From Candidatus Magasanikiibacteriota bacterium (lineage in GTDB: Bacteria > Patescibacteriota > Patescibacteriia > Magasanikbacterales > UBA922), in the NCBI GenBank assembly GCA_041674805.1, contig JBAYVA010000002.1:184294-248293 (forward strand): a stretch of 64,000 nucleotides of DNA. The letters run 5' to 3'. The notes beneath the pieces are model-generated. The model worked only from the letters and a program-made list of their open reading frames with translations. It ran no database searches and had not been told where the DNA came from. The number at the start of each line of letters is the position of its first letter. Within the stretch, counting starts at the first letter, position 1. This document shows positions 1 to 9,077 of the stretch, piece by piece. Both the position numbers and the translations under genes were made by a program.

Positions 1-912
1 GTGTACATGAGGGTTCAAACATTTGGATGACTCCATATAGTGCAGATCGTGTCATAAAAGTAAATACTAATACAGGTGAGATGATTGGCTACAATAGTTG
101 GCCGGCTGGTTTTACAAAAGGAAATAATGCTTTTCGTAGTAGTGTATACGATGGAACAAATATTTGGTTGATTCCATTTAATGCAGATCGTGTTATAAAA
201 GTAAATACTAATACAGGTGAAATGATTGGCTATGATAGTTGGCCAGCTGGTTTTACAAAAGGATTCTCTGCTTTTGCGGGAAGTGTATATGATGGCACAA
301 ATATTTGGATGATTCCACATAATGCAGACCGTGTAATAAAGATAAATACTAATACAGGTGAGATGACTGGCTATAATAGTTGGCCAGCTGGTTTTACAAA
401 AGGATTCGTTTCTTTTGCAGGAGGTGTATATGATGGCACAAATGTTTGGATGATCCCACATACTGCAGATCGTGTTATAAAAGTAAATACTAATACAGGT
501 GAAATGATTGGCTATGATAGTTGGCCAGCTGGTTTTACAAAAGGAGCTGCTGCTTTTACAGGAGGTGTATATGACGGTTCGAATGTTTGGATGATCCCGC
601 AAGATGCAGATCGTGTTATAAAAGTAAATGCTAATACAGGTGAGATGACTGGCTATAATAGTTGGCCAGCTGGTTTTACAAAAGGAGGGTATGCTTTTGT
701 TGGAGGTGTATATGACGGTTCGAATGTTTGGATGATTCCATTAGATGCAGATCGTGTTATAAAAGTAAATGCTAGTACAGGTGAGATGACTGGCTATAAT
801 AGTTGGCCAGCGGGTTATACAGGTAGTTTTTGGAATTTTACCGGAGGTATATATGATGGTTCAAATATTTGGATGATTCCACATAATGCAGATCGTGTTA
901 TAAAAATTTCTA
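1..912 (+). repeat. Intragenic tandem repeat, 141-bp unit, at least 6.5 copies
   Basis: GCAGAYCGTG recurs at 42, 183, 324, 465, 606, 747, 888. Confidence 0.95.
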
Positions 913-3122
913 CTATACCAAACGCTGCCCCAACCCTCACATCCCTCACCGCCACTCCTGCCACCAATGGCACTGGCAATGTTAGTATCGTGGCTACTGT
1001 AAGTGATGCTGACGCAAACACAAGTAAAATATCATATCACTACGAAAGCGGAACTTGTGGAAGTTTTAATTATCAAGATACAACTACAACAACTTTAAGT
1101 GCTTCTGTGGGTACTGGTAGTGTAGTAATATTAAATAATGAAGCGACAAATATTTCTACTGCTTCAGCTAATACGGTTACTTCTACCTGGAATACTCTAT
1201 CAGATTCTCTATCTTTAGCCAACGGCCCTTACTGTATCTACGCTTTCGCAAATGATGGTACTGTAGATTCAAGTGTTGTTACCACTACTGTCACTCTAGA
1301 TAACGTCGCTCCAGATTATGCTACTATAACTAGTTTTGACAACACCTCAACTACTGTTTATGGTGTCTGGGGAGCAGTCAGTGATACAAATGGTCCAGTA
1401 CTTTACCAAACACAAATAAATCCAGGTAGTACTTCAATATATTTTAATGGACTTAATACTAATCATAGTAATTTGACTCCTAATACACAGTATTCTTGGC
1501 AAATAAGAACTAAAGATGCTTATGGTAATACTAAAGGTTTCAATACCTCCACAAGTACTTACACCAACCCCGCTCAACCTCTCTCTGTCTCAGCCATCGC
1601 CAACGGCCAAACAGCTACCATCGTATCCTGGGAAGCAAACAATAACCCAACTAGTACTGCTTACCGTGTTTATAACGTAAACAAAGGTACTTTGTCAGAT
1701 CCAGTATATACAACAAAAACTACAATCACTGGTCTTTCTAGTGCTTCAAATTATACTTTCAAAGTTAGAGCTTATTACAACTCAGATAATACTACTTATG
1801 TAGAATCAGATGCTACGCAAACAGTTACCACCGCAGCACCAGCTAGAACTGTTGTTATGACTTTGCTTACCTCAGATGATAACGTCATCCCTGCTTACAC
1901 TTTCGTCGGCGTTAGAGAATCTCATACTGTACAATTAGAAGCTATTGTTACTAGTACTGATCCACTAGTCTTACCAAAGGCTAGACTTACTCTACGTTCT
2001 ACTCCAGTCACCGTTACTCTAGCCGCTGGTGAAAGCCAAAATGTAGATACTAATGGTAATGGTACAAATGATACCACAGTTACCGTTAATAGTGTTGATG
2101 AAAATACTGGAGAAGTAAATTTCACTTTAATACATATCCCACAAGGTGGTAGTATGATTGTGCAAAATCCACCAAAAGTAATAAATAGTAGTGGTAGAGC
2201 ATTAAGTATTAATGAAGATGCTAAAACAACTGTTAGTAAAATAGTAAAATTAAAATTAGATATTAGTAACGCTAGTCAAATGGCTGTGTCTAATGATCCA
2301 GACTTCACTAATGCCTCATTTGAAACATATAGTAGTAGTAAAGAATGGACACTAACTGACGGAAATGGTACTAAAATAGTTTACGTCAAATTTAGAGCTC
2401 CAGATGGTAGTAGTATCGTCTACTCAGATACTATAGAATTAATGGGACAAAGCTTCGCTGACCCAAATAGTATAAAAAATCAAGAGCTGTTGAATAAAAT
2501 AGAAGATAAGATAAGTTGTCCAGTAATAACTGAACAATCGTACCAAGTAAAAGGTGAGAAAGCAGTGTATTATGTAACAAAAGAATGTACAAAGAGAGTT
2601 TTTAAAAGATCAGAAGTGTACTTTACATATTTTGGAAGTTGGAAAGAAGTAAAAAGTATCGAGAAAGATATCTTAAATAAAATAAGTAATGATAAATTGG
2701 ACTTCATGCCAATGGGACCAAAATATGATCCAAAATATGGCGCTCTCGTTAAAGTAGTTAATGATCCAAAAGTATACCTTCTTCTAAATGAGAATAAATA
2801 TTGGATCACTAATGAAAATACCTTCAATAAATTAAATTATAATTGGAATTGGATAGAAGATGTAGATCAAAGATTGTTGGATAAATATACTACAAAAGAA
2901 GAAATCTTAAATATAATAAACCATCCCAATTATACTCTCGTAAAATACCAAAACGATCCAAAGGTTTATCGTATAGAACCAAACTCAACTGATATTACTA
3001 AACAAGTAAAACGTCACATTCCAAACGAAGCAGAATTCAATAAACTAAACTTCAGATTTGACCGTGTTGTCACTATTCCAGCGACAGAAGTCTATGAGAC
3101 AGGTGCAGAACTAAAGTCTTAG
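1..3122 (+). CDS. Large surface protein, 5'-partial: 47-aa beta-propeller-like repeats, Ig/FN3-like middle region, three C-terminal ~60-aa repeats
   Basis: Frame is open from the window edge (VHEGSNIW precedes the Met at 27). Repeats DRVIKVNxNTGEMxGYxSWPAGFTKG..F.G.VYDG.N.WMIP; FN3-like SNLTPNTQYSWQIR and TGLSSASNYTFKVRA; C-terminal LVK..NDPKVY-type repeats. Confidence 0.75.
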   Translation, partial: VHEGSNIWMTPYSADRVIKVNTNTGEMIGYNSWPAGFTKGNNAFRSSVYDGTNIWLIPFNADRVIKVNTNTGEMIGYDSWPAGFTKGFSAFAGSVYDGTNIWMIPHNADRVIKINTNTGEMTGYNSWPAGFTKGFVSFAGGVYDGTNVWMIPHTADRVIKVNTNTGEMIGYDSWPAGFTKGAAAFTGGVYDGSNVWMIPQDADRVIKVNANTGEMTGYNSWPAGFTKGGYAFVGGVYDGSNVWMIPLDADRVIKVNASTGEMTGYNSWPAGYTGSFWNFTGGIYDGSNIWMIPHNADRVIKISTIPNAAPTLTSLTATPATNGTGNVSIVATVSDADANTSKISYHYESGTCGSFNYQDTTTTTLSASVGTGSVVILNNEATNISTASANTVTSTWNTLSDSLSLANGPYCIYAFANDGTVDSSVVTTTVTLDNVAPDYATITSFDNTSTTVYGVWGAVSDTNGPVLYQTQINPGSTSIYFNGLNTNHSNLTPNTQYSWQIRTKDAYGNTKGFNTSTSTYTNPAQPLSVSAIANGQTATIVSWEANNNPTSTAYRVYNVNKGTLSDPVYTTKTTITGLSSASNYTFKVRAYYNSDNTTYVESDATQTVTTAAPARTVVMTLLTSDDNVIPAYTFVGVRESHTVQLEAIVTSTDPLVLPKARLTLRSTPVTVTLAAGESQNVDTNGNGTNDTTVTVNSVDENTGEVNFTLIHIPQGGSMIVQNPPKVINSSGRALSINEDAKTTVSKIVKLKLDISNASQMAVSNDPDFTNASFETYSSSKEWTLTDGNGTKIVYVKFRAPDGSSIVYSDTIELMGQSFADPNSIKNQELLNKIEDKISCPVITEQSYQVKGEKAVYYVTKECTKRVFKRSEVYFTYFGSWKEVKSIEKDILNKISNDKLDFMPMGPKYDPKYGALVKVVNDPKVYLLLNENKYWITNENTFNKLNYNWNWIEDVDQRLLDKYTTKEEILNIINHPNYTLVKYQNDPKVYRIEPNSTDITKQVKRHIPNEAEFNKLNFRFDRVVTIPATEVYETGAELKS

Positions 3123-3191
3123 ACAATTAAACACTTCGTTACCTGATCATTTGAATACTCTAAAACCTAGTAACCTAAAACCTAATAACTT

Positions 3192-3220
3192 AAAACAATC
3201 TCTTTGCGGAGATTGTTTTT
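3192..3220 (+). terminator. Intrinsic terminator
   Basis: AAAACAATCTC-TTTGCG-GAGATTGTTTTT. Confidence 0.7.
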
Positions 3221-3382
3221 GTTTGGGTGATTGATTGGTAGTGTGATTAGGTGATATAGTGATAAAGTGACAGATTGATAAGGTTACAAAGTGCTTAAGT
3301 TGTGGAGTTAAGATGTCTTGCCAGACTGTCAAAAATCTAGTATAATAGCTCTATAATTTTAGTCGTTTAAAATCATTAATTT

Positions 3383-3997
3383 ATGCATATTTCTTGGCTT
3401 GGCAATAGTGCCATAAAAATTCAGACAAAGCCTTTTGACAAAGATGTTACAATTGTCATAGATGCCTACAAACAAGCAAAAGGTAATTCCCCACGTAGTC
3501 TTACACCTGATATAGCTCTTTTTACTCATGGTGAAGAAGAGATTATTACTTTGTCAGGAGAACCTTTTATTTTTTCTACACCAGGTGAGATAGATGTAAA
3601 AGGTGTTTTAATTACAGCTGTTGAAGGTCATAATCCTGGTGAAATAATGTTGCGTATAGATGCAGAGAGTATGACATTGGTTCATGTTGGTATGGTAAGT
3701 AAACAATTGAATGCTAAACAAGTAGAAATATTGGCAGGTGCCGATATATTGTGTTTGCCTGTAGGACATCCAAATTCTTTTGATGCTGAGTCTGCTGTAA
3801 AAATGGTTACAGAGCTTGAACCTAGAGTAGTAATTCCTTATGCTTTTCATTCGGACAATGATCCTGATGCAAAAGCAATTGATGGTTTCTTAAAAGAAAT
3901 TGGCAGTAAAGGTGTACAACCAGAAACAAAAGTAATATTGAAAGAAAAAGATTTACCACAAGAAGAAATGCAAGTAGTTGTATTGGAAAAGGAATAA
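3383..3997 (+). CDS. MBL-fold metallo-hydrolase-like protein
   Basis: MHISWLG start, PGEIDVKGV, LEPRVVIP motifs of the beta-lactamase-fold family; metal ligands look partly degenerate. Confidence 0.7.
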   Translation: MHISWLGNSAIKIQTKPFDKDVTIVIDAYKQAKGNSPRSLTPDIALFTHGEEEIITLSGEPFIFSTPGEIDVKGVLITAVEGHNPGEIMLRIDAESMTLVHVGMVSKQLNAKQVEILAGADILCLPVGHPNSFDAESAVKMVTELEPRVVIPYAFHSDNDPDAKAIDGFLKEIGSKGVQPETKVILKEKDLPQEEMQVVVLEKE

Positions 3998-4020
3998 ATT
4001 ATCTATTTATCTAAAATAGT

Positions 4021-4662
4021 ATGCCTGTCAGCAAAAAGAGCCCTAAAAAAGCTTCCAAAAAACAATCTAAAAGCAAAAAAATAGCCAAAAAAACTGTTGC
4101 TAAAAAGGTAAACAAAAATGATAAAGAAATGCAGGAAATAAAAAAAGCTGTGAAAGATTTACCAAATATTTTAGCTCAAGAATTCAAAAATATTTCTGTT
4201 GAAAAAACTTTGGATATAAAACCAGTATTGGTTGCTCGTGAAGAAAAATCAATTCCTTTCGATGTTGCCAAAACTCCAGAAATTTCTGAGGTTTATATTG
4301 CCCCCAAAAATAGTCGTTTGTGGCTTTGGTCTGCTGTTAGTTTGTTTACTGTTATTATTTTAGCTTTATGGGTTTTGAGTGTAAGTAATTTATTTTATAA
4401 TTCAAAAAATTCACCAGATAATCCTTTGGAATCTTTGAAAGGTAGCAAAGAAGAATTAAAAGGGATATTCAAAAATTTTGAAGATAGTAAACCTACTACT
4501 ACCATAAAAGATATTATTGGAGAAAGCATGTTTACTACTTCTACGGTGTCTAGTACATTGAGTACGACTACTGTAGATGTAAAAAAAATTGAAGAAGCTA
4601 TATCTGGTTTGTTTGTAAGTAGTAGTGATAATAATTTAATAGTAACAAATACAAAAGAATAA
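4021..4662 (+). CDS. Hypothetical single-pass membrane protein with Lys-rich N-terminus
   Basis: One hydrophobic segment (LWLWSAVSLFTVIILALWVL); operon-like spacing. Confidence 0.6.
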   Translation: MPVSKKSPKKASKKQSKSKKIAKKTVAKKVNKNDKEMQEIKKAVKDLPNILAQEFKNISVEKTLDIKPVLVAREEKSIPFDVAKTPEISEVYIAPKNSRLWLWSAVSLFTVIILALWVLSVSNLFYNSKNSPDNPLESLKGSKEELKGIFKNFEDSKPTTTIKDIIGESMFTTSTVSSTLSTTTVDVKKIEEAISGLFVSSSDNNLIVTNTKE

Positions 4663-4684
4663 TAGTGAAATTAATTAAAAAAAT

Positions 4685-7192
4685 ATGGCACGTTTGAAAA
4701 GTATTATAAAATCAAAAAGTAGCACTGAAGAGAGTGCTGTGGAGGGAACTATTGTCGAAAAAATCGAACCTATCAATTTGGTGAAAGAAATGGAAACATC
4801 TTATTTGGATTATGCTATGAGTGTTATCGTTTCTCGTGCTTTGCCAGATGTGCGCGATGGTCTAAAACCTGTGCATCGTCGTATTTTGTATGCTATGTGG
4901 GAACTTGGTCTCAAACATAATTCTAAGTTTCGTAAATCAGCGCATGTGGTTGGTGGCGTAATGGCCAAATTCCATCCGCATGGTGATAGTGCTATTTATG
5001 ATTCGTTGGTACGTATGGCCCAAGATTTCAATATGCGTGAAATGTTGGTAAATGGTCAAGGTAACTTTGGTTCAATGGACGGAGATGGTGCTGCTGCTAT
5101 GCGTTATACAGAAGCCAAACTTCGTGCGATTGCTGAAGAATTGATTTTTGATATTGAAAAAAATACTGTAAATTTTTCACCTACTTATGATGGCTCTTAT
5201 AGAGAACCAAATGTTTTGCCTGCCAAATTACCAAATTTACTTTTGAATGGTAGTATGGGTATTGCGGTTGGTATGGCTACAAATATTCCTCCACATAATC
5301 TGACAGAACTTTGTGATGGTATTATGGCCTTGATTGAAAATCCAAAATTAGGAATTGAAGAATTAGGAAATTATATCAAAGGACCAGATTTCCCAACTGG
5401 TGGTATTATTTATAACAAAAAAGATATTGAAGTAGCTTATGCTACTGGACGTGGTGGTATTGTGATGCGTGCTAAAACAGATATTCAAGAATCTGAAAAA
5501 AATGATAAAATGCAAATTATCATTACCGAAGTTCCTTATCAAGTAAACAAAGCAACTTTGATAGAAAAAATTGCGAGCTTAGTACAAGAAAAGAAAATTG
5601 AAGGTATCAAAGATTTGCGTGATGAATCAAACAAAGAAGGTGTCAGAATTGTGATTGAGTTGAAAAAAGATTCTTATCCAAAAAAAGTTTTGAACAAACT
5701 TTTCAAATTAACAGAATTGCAAACAACTTTTCACGTTAATATGTTGGCTCTTGTAGATGGTATTCAGCCTCGTGTTTTGAATTTGAAAACTATTTTGGAA
5801 GAATACTTGAAACATCGTCAAATAGTTGTGCGTCGTCGTACTCAATTTGATTTGGATAAAGCTTTGGATAGAGCTCATATTTTGGAAGGTTTGAAAAAAG
5901 CTTTGGACAAAATTGATCTTATTATTGCTCTTATTCGAAAATCAAAAGACAAAGATGAAGCCAAAATAAATTTGATGGAAAAATTTTCTTTTACCGAAAA
6001 GCAAACTATGGCAATTTTGGAAATGAGATTGCAACAACTTGCTAATTTGGAACGTCAAAAAATAGAAGATGAACTTAAAGAAAAACAAAAATTGATTGCA
6101 GAATTAGAAGCTATTTTGAAGAGTGAAAAAAGAATTATGAGTATTATCAAATCTGAAGTAGAAACTATTAGACAAGTTTATGGTAATGCTAGACGTACTC
6201 AAATTGTTTCTCATGGTGTCAAAGAATTTAATATTGAAGATTTGGTACCAAATGAACCAACTCTTATTATCTCTACTCGTGATGGTTATATCAAACGTTT
6301 GCCTCCAGATACTTTCAAACAACAAAGCCGTGGTGGCAAAGGTGTGATTGGTTTGACCACCAAAGAAGAAGATGTTGTAGACAAAATTATTTCTACCAAT
6401 ACTCATGATAATATTTTGTTTTTTACTACACGTGGTCGTGTATTTCAATTAAGTGCTTATGATATACCTTTGACTGCTCGTACCTCAAAAGGACAAGCTT
6501 TGGTAAATTTCTTACAACTTGCACCAAATGAAAAAGTTTCTGTATTTTTGTCACTTGCTAATTTGAGTAGTTATGAATCATTAGTGATGGTGACAAGTAA
6601 AGGTAATATCAAAAAAACTAAGATTGAAGATTTTAAACACGTTCGCAAATCTGGTTTGATTGCTTTAAAACTAAAAGAAAATGATTTGTTGGAATGGGTA
6701 CAACCAACAGCTGGTAACAATGATGTGATGATTACTACTTCTATGGGTCAATCTATTAGATTTAGAGAAAAAGATGTTCGTCCAATGGGTCGTACTGCTT
6801 CCGGTGTACGTGCTATCAAATTAAAATCAACAGATGAAGTAGTAGGTATGAGTATTTTGGATAATAGTTTGGTAAAAATGAAAGTCTTGGAATTGTTGGT
6901 AGTCTCTGAAAATGGTTTAGGCAAGAAAACTAAAGTCAATGAATACAAAGTGCAAGGTCGTGGTGGTAGTGGTATCAAGACGATGGCTGTTACTTCCAAA
7001 ACCGGTAAAATTATTAGTAGTCAGATGGTAAATAGTACTGAAGAAAAAGATATTATGATAATTTCGGTCAAAGGACAAGTCATTCGTACTTCTCTTAAGA
7101 GTATTTCTACTCTTGGCAGAGCGACTCAAGGTGTTCGTATTATGCGTTTCAAGCAAGAAGGGGACAAAGTAGCAGCGATAGCATTTGTTTAA
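4685..7192 (+). CDS. gyrA: DNA gyrase subunit A
   Basis: SYLDYAMSVIVSRALPDVRDGLKPVHRR, HPHGD, AAMRYTE, GyrA-box QSRGGKG. Confidence 0.98.
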   Translation: MARLKSIIKSKSSTEESAVEGTIVEKIEPINLVKEMETSYLDYAMSVIVSRALPDVRDGLKPVHRRILYAMWELGLKHNSKFRKSAHVVGGVMAKFHPHGDSAIYDSLVRMAQDFNMREMLVNGQGNFGSMDGDGAAAMRYTEAKLRAIAEELIFDIEKNTVNFSPTYDGSYREPNVLPAKLPNLLLNGSMGIAVGMATNIPPHNLTELCDGIMALIENPKLGIEELGNYIKGPDFPTGGIIYNKKDIEVAYATGRGGIVMRAKTDIQESEKNDKMQIIITEVPYQVNKATLIEKIASLVQEKKIEGIKDLRDESNKEGVRIVIELKKDSYPKKVLNKLFKLTELQTTFHVNMLALVDGIQPRVLNLKTILEEYLKHRQIVVRRRTQFDLDKALDRAHILEGLKKALDKIDLIIALIRKSKDKDEAKINLMEKFSFTEKQTMAILEMRLQQLANLERQKIEDELKEKQKLIAELEAILKSEKRIMSIIKSEVETIRQVYGNARRTQIVSHGVKEFNIEDLVPNEPTLIISTRDGYIKRLPPDTFKQQSRGGKGVIGLTTKEEDVVDKIISTNTHDNILFFTTRGRVFQLSAYDIPLTARTSKGQALVNFLQLAPNEKVSVFLSLANLSSYESLVMVTSKGNIKKTKIEDFKHVRKSGLIALKLKENDLLEWVQPTAGNNDVMITTSMGQSIRFREKDVRPMGRTASGVRAIKLKSTDEVVGMSILDNSLVKMKVLELLVVSENGLGKKTKVNEYKVQGRGGSGIKTMAVTSKTGKIISSQMVNSTEEKDIMIISVKGQVIRTSLKSISTLGRATQGVRIMRFKQEGDKVAAIAFV

Positions 7193-7334
7193 GATGCGGA
7201 TAAATGCAGATTTGAACGCTGATTTAAGCAAAATTTTTAGAAAGGACTCGTTATAAAGACGGGTCTTTTTTTGTAGCAGATACAGCCATCAGCAAATACA
7301 GCAGACTCAGCAGATTAAGCAAATATAAATGTTA

Positions 7335-7460
7335 TTATCACCTAATCACTTTGTCACCTAAACACTTGATCACTTTATCACTTAAACACTCTAACACACC
7401 TAAAACCTAGTTCACCTATAACCTAACACCTAATACCTAGAACCTAATTCACCTAAACTC
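7335..7460 (+). repeat. Degenerate 7-9 bp tandem repeat array (ATCACTTT / AAACCTA types)
   Basis: tcacctaa tcactttg tcacctaa acacttga tcacttta ... aaaccta ... aaccta. Confidence 0.8.
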
Positions 7461-7462
7461 CC

Positions 7463-7491
7463 TTGACAAATAAAAAGTTTTTTGATATATT
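7463..7491 (+). promoter_or_regulatory. sigma70-type promoter of rpsA
   Basis: TTGACA-17-TATATT. Confidence 0.65.
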
Positions 7492-7640
7492 AGGCAAGCC
7501 TCAAAAGCCTTTATTTTAGGCAAAAAGGTAATTATTTATCCCCAATTTGGGGGCTTAGGTTTACTAATTTTGATACGTGTTACGTGTCTTGTGTTATGTG
7601 ATCCTGGGTTAACTTGCGAGAAATCGCGTTTTATTAAAAT

Positions 7641-8822
7641 ATGTCAAAACAAAATTTTGAAGAACTTTTGAAAGACTATTTTGCTAACATTCCAAAAGTG
7701 AATGATTTAGTAAAAGGAAAAGTTATCGCTATTGATAAAGGTGAAGTACGTGTTGACGTCAACGGTATTATCGTTGGTGTGGTACGTGGACCTGAACTTT
7801 TCACAGAATCAAAAGAATTCTCAGATATCAAAGTAGGTGACGAAGTAGAAGCTACTGTTATCGAAGACGAAAATGAAAACGGTGAAATGGAATTATCTTT
7901 CCGTGTCGCTGGCAACAAATTGGTCTGGAACAGAATGGCAAAAAATGTACAAGAAGGTACTATTGTCAAAGCAAAAATATTGGCAGCTAACAAAGGTGGT
8001 TTGATGTTACAATCAGATGCTTTGGTAGGTTTTATGCCTGTATCACAATTGAATCCAAACAATTATCCACGTGTTCAAGGTGGTGACAAAAATAGAATTT
8101 TGGAACACTTGAGAAAATTCATTGGTGAAACTATCAAAGTAAAAGTTATCAATGCTGACATGGATGGAGAAAAACTTATTTTCTCTGAAAAAGAAGTTTG
8201 GGAAGAAGAACAAAAAAATGTATTAGATTCTTTCAAAGTAGGTGATATCGTAGAAGGTGAAGTAAGTGCTCTTACATCATTTGGTGCTTTCATCAAATTT
8301 GGAAAAAATTTAGAAGGTCTTGTACATATTTCTGAAATCGTTTGGCAAAGAATTAGTCACCCTCGTGAAGTGTTAAAAGTAGGTGATAAAATCAAAGCTC
8401 AAATTATTGATTTGAACAAATCAAAGATTTATTTGTCAATCAAGAGATTGGTAGATGATCCTTGGAAAAAAGTAAAAGATACTTATAAAGTTGGTCAAAT
8501 TATCAATGCAGAAGTTCACAAAATTGAACCATTTGGTCTTATGGTCAAACTTGATGAAGAAATTCATGGTTTAGCTCATATTTCTGATTTGAGTGAAAAA
8601 CGTGTACCAGATGCAAAGATGCTTCTTTCAAAATTCACTGTTGGTCAAAAATATAATTTTGAAATTATTTCTATTGAACCAGCTGAACACCGTTTAGGTT
8701 TGAAACTTGAAGGTGTAAATAAAAAAGAAGAAAAGAAAGAAGTTAAAGCTGAAGAAAAAGTGGAAGAAAAAAAAGAATCAGCTCCAGCTGAAGCTCCTGT
8801 TGAAAAAGAAGAAAGTAAATAA
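7641..8822 (+). CDS. rpsA: 30S ribosomal protein S1 (four S1 domains)
   Basis: Four S1 repeats, NKGGL, FGAFI..EGLVHISE. Confidence 0.92.
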   Translation: MSKQNFEELLKDYFANIPKVNDLVKGKVIAIDKGEVRVDVNGIIVGVVRGPELFTESKEFSDIKVGDEVEATVIEDENENGEMELSFRVAGNKLVWNRMAKNVQEGTIVKAKILAANKGGLMLQSDALVGFMPVSQLNPNNYPRVQGGDKNRILEHLRKFIGETIKVKVINADMDGEKLIFSEKEVWEEEQKNVLDSFKVGDIVEGEVSALTSFGAFIKFGKNLEGLVHISEIVWQRISHPREVLKVGDKIKAQIIDLNKSKIYLSIKRLVDDPWKKVKDTYKVGQIINAEVHKIEPFGLMVKLDEEIHGLAHISDLSEKRVPDAKMLLSKFTVGQKYNFEIISIEPAEHRLGLKLEGVNKKEEKKEVKAEEKVEEKKESAPAEAPVEKEESK

Positions 8823-8834
8823 TATTTACAAAAT

Positions 8835-8866
8835 AAAAAAATCGTCTTGAAAGAGACGATTTTTTA
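8835..8866 (+). terminator. Intrinsic terminator
   Basis: AAAAAATCGTCT-TGAAAG-AGACGATTTTTT. Confidence 0.75.
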
Positions 8867-8899
8867 TTTTTAATTAGTATTTACTTTTGTACTTTATGT

Positions 8900-9030
8900 C
8901 CTTACTTTTTATAACTAAAAAGTAACAAAAAGTTTTGAGGGGAAAAGAACTCGCTTGTGTTGCCAAGGGCAAAATAATCATTGGCAAACAACGAAGCTCA
9001 GACAGTTTCCCCCTCAAACTCCCCTTGGGT
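8900..9030. repeat. Structured intergenic palindromic element (REP/MITE-like)
   Basis: TTACTTTTT/AAAAAGTAA hairpin, then a long stem TTTGAGGGGAAA...TTTCCCCCTCAAA enclosing TTGCCAA/TTGGCAA. Confidence 0.5.
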
Positions 9031-9077
9031 TATTTAAAATAGAGGAAATTGTTTAGTTGAATTAATAATTTTTATTT

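Noticed and set aside
15-602. 195-aa minus-strand ORF
   Set aside because: Antisense shadow of the repeat gene.
1-912. CRISPR array or DGR template/variable repeat
   Set aside because: The repeats are in-frame 141-bp coding units without unique spacers. Variation is not clearly adenine-specific and no reverse transcriptase gene is in the window.
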